Shown here one piece after another: positions 34,383 through 43,300 of a DNA stretch of 64,000 nt. Location: positions 67,233 to 131,232 of the forward strand of contig JAADVB010000018.1 of NCBI GenBank assembly GCA_023334545.1. The letters are read 5' to 3'. Below the pieces are notes generated by a model, which saw only the letters and a list, made by a program, of their open reading frames with translations, had not been told where the DNA came from and did not search any database. Position 1 is the first letter of the stretch. Each line of letters starts with the position of its first letter. Origin of the DNA: Salisapilia sapeloensis CBS 127946 (taxonomy: Eukaryota; Protista; Oomycota). Position numbers and translations under genes: made by a program.

Positions 34383-37300
34383 ATGATATATGGATCTAAT
34401 CGCTATTCTCTTATCCTGCTTAGCGTTCTCCTGCTTTACTCTATTGTTTTGATCGAAGCATACAAGCTACGTATTCATGTACAACCAGAGACAAGTACAG
34501 GAGGAGATCCTTTCGCGGTTGATCCTGTTGTCGTGCTCACTGATAATTCCGATATCGATCTTGACTCGGTCAATGTCGGTGGTGTTCTCGCTGTTATTGG
34601 TGAGAACCCGAACATCTATGGCGTGGTCGAGCCGTCCAATACGATATTTCCATTCGTCAATGGCGTAGCGACACTGACAGGACTGTATATCGACCTCGTT
34701 GCTTCTGATTATACTTTGATCTTCATATCTATTTCGCATGGCGTCAAGGTTGAATCCAATCCGTTCGACATTATTGTTGGTGACATGTATGGACTAGCGT
34801 TGATTACAGATATCAGTACAGCTTATGGAGGCACGCCATTCCGTCCGCAACCTATCGTCGCCGTTGTCGACCGTGGTGGTAATGTCGTTGATACACACAA
34901 TGACGGGACGATCACGGTGGTGATTAAATACAATCCTACCGGCGGGAATTTGTTACCAGTCACAGGCTTAACAGCAACTATTGGAGGAGGTATGGCTAAG
35001 TTCCAGGCAATGTATATTGACGTCGCAGGCTCTCCGTACGTATTAGAATACACTGCAGACTTTGATCTTCCTGCTGGCTCCGTCATAGAGACGAACCCTT
35101 TTACGGTTGCTGCCGGAAGTGCTGCATTCTTGGTCTTGTCTAGCTCACCTAGCTCCTCTATTGGTGGCAAAGCCTTTGGCGTGCAACCAGTTGTAGAGAT
35201 TCGAGATGCAGGAAATAATTTACGTGAGGAAGATAGCAGCAGTTTCGTACGAGCGTACATTGGGAATAATCCATCCGGAGGTACGCTATTGCCGAGTAGT
35301 GCAACTGAAGTACACGTGAAGGATGGTGTTGCAACCTTTCGAAATCTACGCATTGATCGAGTAGGAAGTGACTACTCACTCATATTCGTCTTATATGCAC
35401 ATGTACCTGGCACTACTTCATATATTAAAACAGATTTAGAGCTAGTCTCTCCTCCATTTGACGTTGTGGTAGGTTTGCCAGTGGAGTTAGCTATAACTCA
35501 AAGAATGTCAGACGGCGTCTTGGATGGACAGCCGAATGCTGTACAACCAGAGCTCGAGTTATGGGATGCAGGAGGTAATGTCGTCAATTCAGTGGTTTCC
35601 GGTGATGTAATCGCACACGTTGTGCCGAGTCTGTCGGTAGGTGCGACCGTCATCATTGATACGTCTCATGCTCCTGACGTGACTGTTAGTCATGTACAGT
35701 ATGTGACGAATAGCGATTTGCCCATGCCTCTAGGCGTCGGGGCGCTCATACACGTGCAGGTCGTGTTTACAGCTGAAGTACGAGCCACTGGTGTTCCGAC
35801 ATTAGAACTCTTATCATCTGAAACTGGAGGTCCGAATGGCATCGCCGAGTGCATCAACGTCGGTGTATGGACCAAATCACTCGTATTTGAGTATGCTGTC
35901 ATTGCCACAGATAGCACACCGGACCTAAACTATGTCTCCGTAGATGCTTTAAAAGTGGTAAATGCTATTATCATTGACCGGAATATGAGACCAGCCTTGC
36001 TACAACTTCCGGCATTAGACGGTGGATATTCGTTAAAGAGTCGTAGTGATGTCGAGATCGATACATCAGCACCTGTCATTTCGTACGTCCATAGCGTGTT
36101 ACCAGGCAATGGAGAGTATGGTACAGGTGAGAAGGTCTATGTAGGCGTTGTCTTTTCAAGGCCAGTAACAGTTTATTTTAACATCTACGGAGGTAGCCCA
36201 TACATTAATGTTGTCCTTGCATCGACCAAAGATGGTAGCAATAAACGAGTTGCAGCCTTTCATGATGGCAACAATACAGATACTATTACATTTCTGTATA
36301 CCGTTGAAGACGGTGATTCAGTCGGGCTTCCAGGCATCGACGTTGTTGAAGACATCAATGTCAACAATGGATTTATTAAACACTATTCTTCCTTCCCAAC
36401 CACTGATGCTGACGTATCTATGGTCTCGGATTCATCAGGCAACAACCTTGCAAGTATGAATCAGATACGAATCGATACCTCTGTCCCTGTCGTTGATGCG
36501 AGTGTTGGCGTGACATCCGTATCTCAAGACGGAACGTACGCTCCTGGAGATCGGATCACCCTCGCCGTCACCTTTGATAAGCCTGTCAGGGTCGATGGAT
36601 ATCCTAGACTATACTTGGAAACAGGAGCATATGATCGTCCAGCAGGGTATGCGACTGGGAGTGGCACGCGAGTACTTCAATTTATATACAAAGTAATGGC
36701 ATATGACTCGACGGGTGGTGGCTACTTGGACTATCGGGATGCAACTGCTCTTAGTCTTAATGGTGGAGCGATTAGAAGATTGCTGAGCGATGGAAGTGGT
36801 GGTGTTCATGCTCAAATATCGTTGCAAGATGCTACTGATACCGGGAAGAACTTGGCGAATACATCGCAACTGACGATTGATGCCCAGCCTGCTCGAGTAA
36901 CTCAGGTGTCTGTAACTTCACCACCAGCGTCGGTGACAAGAGGAGACCAAGTGGAGATTGTCGTTAGCTTCACATCAATTGTAATAGTAGATACGACTGA
37001 AGCTATTCCTTCGTTGAAACTACATATTGGATACTACGACCGACGTGCCTACTATACCTCTGGGAGTGGATCGCAAGCACTCAAGTTCGTATACACGGCG
37101 ATGCTTGGTGATGACGCCGATACATTGGACTATCGGTCCATCAATGCATTGGTTCTCGACGGTAGTAAGATCCGAAAGTACTCCTCGGATCCAACCATGG
37201 ACGCTTTCCTCATCCTCCCGACCCCAAACCTTGCTGCATACAACATTGAAGTCGATCCGGCAATGGGTTTTACTACGACTGTATCGTCTATCACTGCGGA

Positions 37301-40300
37301 TGTCGATCCTGGTATCTACGGTGTAAAGCAAGTGATTACGATTGTGGTCTCTTTTTCAGACGAAGTTTCTCTGTACTCTGGCATGCCATACTTAAAGGTT
37401 TCCACAGGAGCCCTAGTGCCATATGCTGAAGGTAGCGGTACCTCCCAGCTTACGTTCATGTACGCTGTACAGGCTGGAGAAGCTACATCTGACCTAGACA
37501 AGTTTGATGACGACGCCATCATCTGCTCGGGTGCTTGCCAAATTGTCAACTTTAACCGAGAAGGAGTAGATCTATCACTTAGTGCCTTACGACTTCAGCC
37601 ACCACTTATTGTTGTCGATACGTCTGCACCTTTTGTTGTCGACGTCTACAGTGTCTCCCCCATTCCGACTATTAACGATCAAAAGTTCGTCGTTGGAGAT
37701 CAGATTGATATCGTTGTGGAAATGAGCGCTGATGTGCATATCGATCCACCTCCTGCAGACTATCCTGAGAAAGCACCGACGCTGGTGTTAGATGTAGATA
37801 CATTGGGAAGGCATGTACTCTGTTCTGGGTACTATGGTAGTGACAAGCACAAGCTCTTGTTCGAATACATCGTACAACATGGAGATACCAGTGCTGAACT
37901 CATGTACGTTGATACAGCTTCGTTGACCTTAAACAAAGATCAAAGTGCTATTAAGAGATATTCGACAAGTCCAACGACAAATGCTATACTCACTCTTCCT
38001 GCTCCAAGTCCTCTTGGATCAGGCAATGTAATACAAGTCGATACAACACTTGTTCCGCATGTGGTGTCGGTAACCTCCTTACAGAATGACCCAATTTATC
38101 GCGCTGGAGACATTATCGATATACAAGTCTTGTTCTCGTACGAAGTAGCTGTCTCCGGTTCGCCATTCGTCTGGCTGGATCTCGGTTACCACTCGAAGCG
38201 TGCCACATACCTCTCCGGTACAGGCTCCAAGTCACTTGTGTTTCGATATACCATCGAAGAGGATGATTATAGCATCGACTTGGACTATATCGACCGCCAC
38301 TCTCTCGACACTTCGGATTCCAAATCTGCCATCTACCATGCTGCGACGCATCCTACGTTGCTTGCAAACTTGTATCTGCCATACCCTTCTACACAGGACA
38401 GTCTTAGCTACAACAAGGACATCACAGTGGACGGTCGTAAACCACGTGTCATCCATGTCGCTTTCGTGACCGCCGAAGATTCGTATGGCGTCGGTCATCA
38501 AATCGTCGTTGAGATCACATTTAGCTCCAGCATCGTCGTGATTCCTGATGATGCAGGAACGGATACGACGCCCGTACTGCGGTTCCGTCCTGACGGTGTC
38601 AGTGGTATCATCACGCGATACGGTTACTACGTGAGCGGCAGTGGAACAAACACGCTACGGTTTCAGTATGAGATCGAAACGGGTGATACGTCCAGCCATC
38701 TGGATTACGCTGGTGTGGATGCGATTGAAACACGACGATCTCGTATCTTGACACAGACGACCAACGTGGGTTTAACACCGACACAGAGTGTTAACTTGCA
38801 TTTAAATCCACCTGGTGGACGACTCCTTGGCGACACTGCACAGTCCATTGCGTTCGGTCGAGTGGTCTTTACAGATCTCATGGTGAATCAACTCGGATAT
38901 GAATACGAAATCATCTTTAGTACACAAGTAGCCACCACGACACTTATCACGAGTTCACGCTTTGACTCCTTGTACTCGGCTGTATACGGATTAAGATCGT
39001 CACCGAGTGAGCATGGAGACAAGCTTGGGTATAGCGTAGATATTGACGAAGATACACTCGTCATGGGAGCTCCAGGAGCTCAACGACCGATCTCGGCAGT
39101 GCAGATTATAACTGCCATGTGCGACTCGAAGGATTATATCGACGAGATACAGACGGTAACGACGAGAGCGACGGCTCAACCAGCGGTTCAAAAGATAATT
39201 TCTAGTGCTGATCCAGGGGCTACGATCGCTGGCAATTTCCGTCTAGCTGTTGCCGCGACGGGGAAGTCGAAGGTCTTACCTGCAGACGTCGACATCGACT
39301 TACTTTCGGTAACGATCGAGCAAGCGTTGGGATTCGGCACCCACTCGGTGAACATTGTAAGAGAAGAGAACACTGCATGTGAATGTAAGAACGCATATAT
39401 CTGGACCATTACGTTTATATTTGCAGAAGGTCCTCTTGCACCTCTCTTGACTATCAGTGAGCTCGAAGGTGATGGTGCGACTATTGGAGATGGCTTAGGA
39501 TCCCCAAATGCAAAGATTATCGTCGAGTCTACAGCCATTAGTGGCACATTTACACTACGCACAGCCACATCCGTGACGCGTTTGATCGACTATGACATCT
39601 CGCCAATAAAGCTAACAGAGTATATCACGAATGACTTGCAACTGGACGTACGGCACCTTCGAAGGACTGGACCATCGACGATGAGAGAATATACGTGGTA
39701 CATTACATTCTTAGCAACTGATCAACTTTATGACGTCCCGGAACTCGAAGCTCAGAGCAGTGGCTTGTACGGATACCAAGCTCGCGTTAAGGTGGAGACG
39801 TTACGAGATGGTCTCGGTCGTTTGTCCGGTTTCTTTCGGCTGAAATTTCGCTCTGAAATGTTTCCAAGCGATGAGACGGAAGATATTGCTGTTACTGCTA
39901 GTGATATTGACGTTGAAAATGCGTTGGAAGCACTCACATCGATTAATGATGTGCAAGTGAGTCAATCGTCTTCTATCAATGCTTATGGCGGATACTCCTG
40001 GACCATTACGTTCTTACAAGTGAATACAAGGAATGAGTATGGTCCAGTTGAAGACAAGTCTGGCACTTTACCTCCTTTAGAACCAGTTACAACGACGCTA
40101 GTGGGTGGTGAGGCAGTGACGTTATTGAAAGGAAGTAATGCACGCATTGATGTCCAGACTGGTGGGTTCGAGCTGTCGCCACTGACTGAAGGAGCAACGA
40201 ATTGGGGTCTACCAGGAGAAAATGCTGGCATGGCAAGTGTCTTCACAAGAGGAGAGAATGATTGGAAACAGCAAGGATCGACAATTTCGGCCATTGATAC

Positions 40301-43300
40301 AAGGACGGGCGATTTGTTTGGCACTAGTGTTGGCATCTCTGGAAACTCTATGATTGTGGGAGCACCAGCAGCAGCTTATTACGGCGCGTTTGAGCTTCAA
40401 AACCTATTATGTGATGCTGATGAAGGGTACTTTCGCATCGTATATCAAGGAAGGAAGTCTAGTCCGATTGAATTTGATGCCACGAGTATGCAGCTTCGAT
40501 TGGCGATTGTCGAAGCTATGTCAGTGCCATACGGAGACGTTGTAATCATGACAGACTTTAACGATCTGTGTGGTGGAATTGAGATAACGATTCAACTCCG
40601 ATCTGGAAATCACGGAGATACGAGTGGAAACATCCCAGAGTTGGTGGTAGATGCTACTGGATTGAAGAAAGCTGGTGTCCAAGGCATTGGTCTCGTTCAA
40701 GAATATCAACGAGGCACGTTCCAAAAGGGCGGAGAAGGAGCAAAGGGACTCCAGTGTGGAGCTGCGTATGTATTTGAAAGAAATGAGGAAGAGGTATGGG
40801 ATGAAAAGGCTAAACTTACACCTCCAGTCGATATGTTAAGCGATGTCACCGAGTTTGGTAGTCAAGTGGCTATTTACAATCGATGGGCTGTTGTCACTGC
40901 TCCTGGTGCTTATCATCATGAAGGAAGAGCATTTGTATACGAGTACGATAGTGGGTCCAAGATCTGGAGTTTATTTCAGATCTTAGATGCTTATCCGTAT
41001 GAAAAGTCATCCTACGATCGATTTGGTGATTGCGTCGCGATATCAGGACATGACGACGGGACGGTCGTCATTGCGATTGGGGCACCAGGGTTTGCCTCAG
41101 CCCATGGATCTGTCTTTGTCTTTGACCTTTTATTCGGTGTCTTCCAAAATCGACAGTCGATCATCGATCCATATCCTGGAATGGGTGAAGCAGCTCGCTT
41201 TGGGTCATCTGTTGGTCTAGATATGTCATCCACCTTTACGCTTGTGGCTGGTGCACCGAACTATGCGACTGATGTAGGTGATAAAGATAGTGGAATAGCA
41301 GTAGTATTGACGAGAAGGTCAGGTAAAGATACTTACTTTAAGCCACAGCAAGCATTAGTAGGCTCGGATACTCGATCCAAGGACCGATTTGGAATTAGTG
41401 TCGCAATATCGAAGGATACACTTCTAATTGGGGCGCATGAGCTGTATCAAGGCATCCAGACGATTCGAAAACCAGTGCAAAGGGTAGCAAGTGTCGTGCT
41501 AGATGATGGACAGTCCGTCGCGAGTGGATCATTTAATCTTGCTTTACTCGTTGTGAACAATACTGCAGACAATTCTAGTAGTCTCGTGATAACGAGAACG
41601 ATGGCATTTGACGTCAGCGCATTGTCGATGCAGTCTGCGATAGAAAATGATCTACCGCTCGGCCATGTTCAGGTACGTCGTGATGGTCCGAGCGATCGGA
41701 ATGAGTTTTCGTGGTATATTACATTCACACAAGCAACGGGCAATATTCCTTTAATACAAGTAGGAGAGAACCACTTAGCAACGGATGCAATCGTCAATTC
41801 AGCGAGTGTCATGATAGACATTGAATGGGCTGTCACCATGCCACCAATCCTTCGTAGCAATGTCTACACGTTCACAAGAAATGAATTCAATCGATGGACG
41901 GAGCAACTCTCGTTCTTCCCACGTGCAAAGCAGTACTTTAGCTGGTTCGGTACATCCCTTGCTCTTCACGAACGAACTGCCATCGTTGGTGCATATAATC
42001 TAGACACATACGCAACAGGTAGCAACTCTGGTGGTGGCTTTGTCTATGATTTAGGTATTTTAGGCGTGCGATTTTCATCCAAAGAGTATGATGTGATGGA
42101 AGGAGAGACGTTGTCTGTAGATGTAACGAGATGTAATGAGGATGGAATTTACTGTGCTATGGATGTCGCTGCTGAGGCACAGCTATATGTCAATTATGAT
42201 ACTGGCGACGCATTCTCGAATCGAGAATCAAAGAATGTGGTCAAAATCGAGCCTCGAATCGGATACTATCAGCGTCTGTCGATGTTGGAAGCCATTCCAC
42301 AGTCGGTATCGTCTTTCTACGCGTCCAAGGTGTTAGGACAAGAGCCATACCCGCAGCGAGGCTACGGTCGATGGCTCCGGATTGATTCAGCTGGTACTGC
42401 GAATGCTCGAAACCAGTTCTACGGTAGTAGTGAACGACGGTCGTTGTGGATTGACTCGCAGTATGATTATGATGGAGAAGCAGATTACGCGACGAGTTCG
42501 GGTGAGTTGTACTTTGATTTAGAAGAACCAATTCATTCCTTCCAGGTTGCCACCACAGGTGACTTGGTGTATGAGGACTTGGATGAATCCATCATGCTGC
42601 GCTTGTCTCTGCCTGGTATTTGGCCTAGTCGAAACGGTCAGTTGTGGTCGACAGCAACGATATTGGATGACGGTGATGGAGGTATGGGCACACAGTCATA
42701 CTTAGATGTTTTATCTCCGGAAGAATCGGACTTGCAGCTCCACAGCCAGTTTGGATCCGTTGTTAGTATTTTCGATGATGCTAATGTCGCCGTTGTCGGT
42801 GCTCCGTTCGATCAAGAAGATGAGAATGGTATCGTTACATGTGGAGCAGCATACTTTTACGCAAGAAAGAGTGGAGTATGGGAATTGCAGAATCGTCAAA
42901 CGCCTTCATCTTGTGTACACGGTATGCTATTTGGTGCCAGTGTAGCTGTAGATGGTAGTCTCGGGCCTGTACGTGCCATCGTTGGTGCTCCAGGAGCTAA
43001 AGAAGCTTACATCTACTTAAAGACGGGAAACACTTGGGTGGAAGAAGCGCAGTTATCGCATCCAGATGCAACCTCTCACTTGCATCACTTCGGAGGACCT
43101 CGAGCTGTCGGTATCTACGGTAACATTGCTGTCGTTGGTGCAGCTGGATTAGAAAGTGCTTATGTGTATCATCGATTGATGACCGGGTGGGTGTTTGATA
43201 GAGAGCTCAAGTGCAGTGATAGTGTCGTGACTCCCATTCTGCAAGACACTTTTGAACAAGAGTATCGATTTGGATATGCTGTTGCCATCAACAAGCGTAC

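Noticed and set aside
36935-36950. RGD tripeptides in protein B (TRGDQ) and protein A (FRGDG, IRGDL)
   Set aside because: About one RGD is expected by chance per 3-4 thousand residues, and these fall in conserved beta-strand positions of repeats or laminin IV, not exposed loops.
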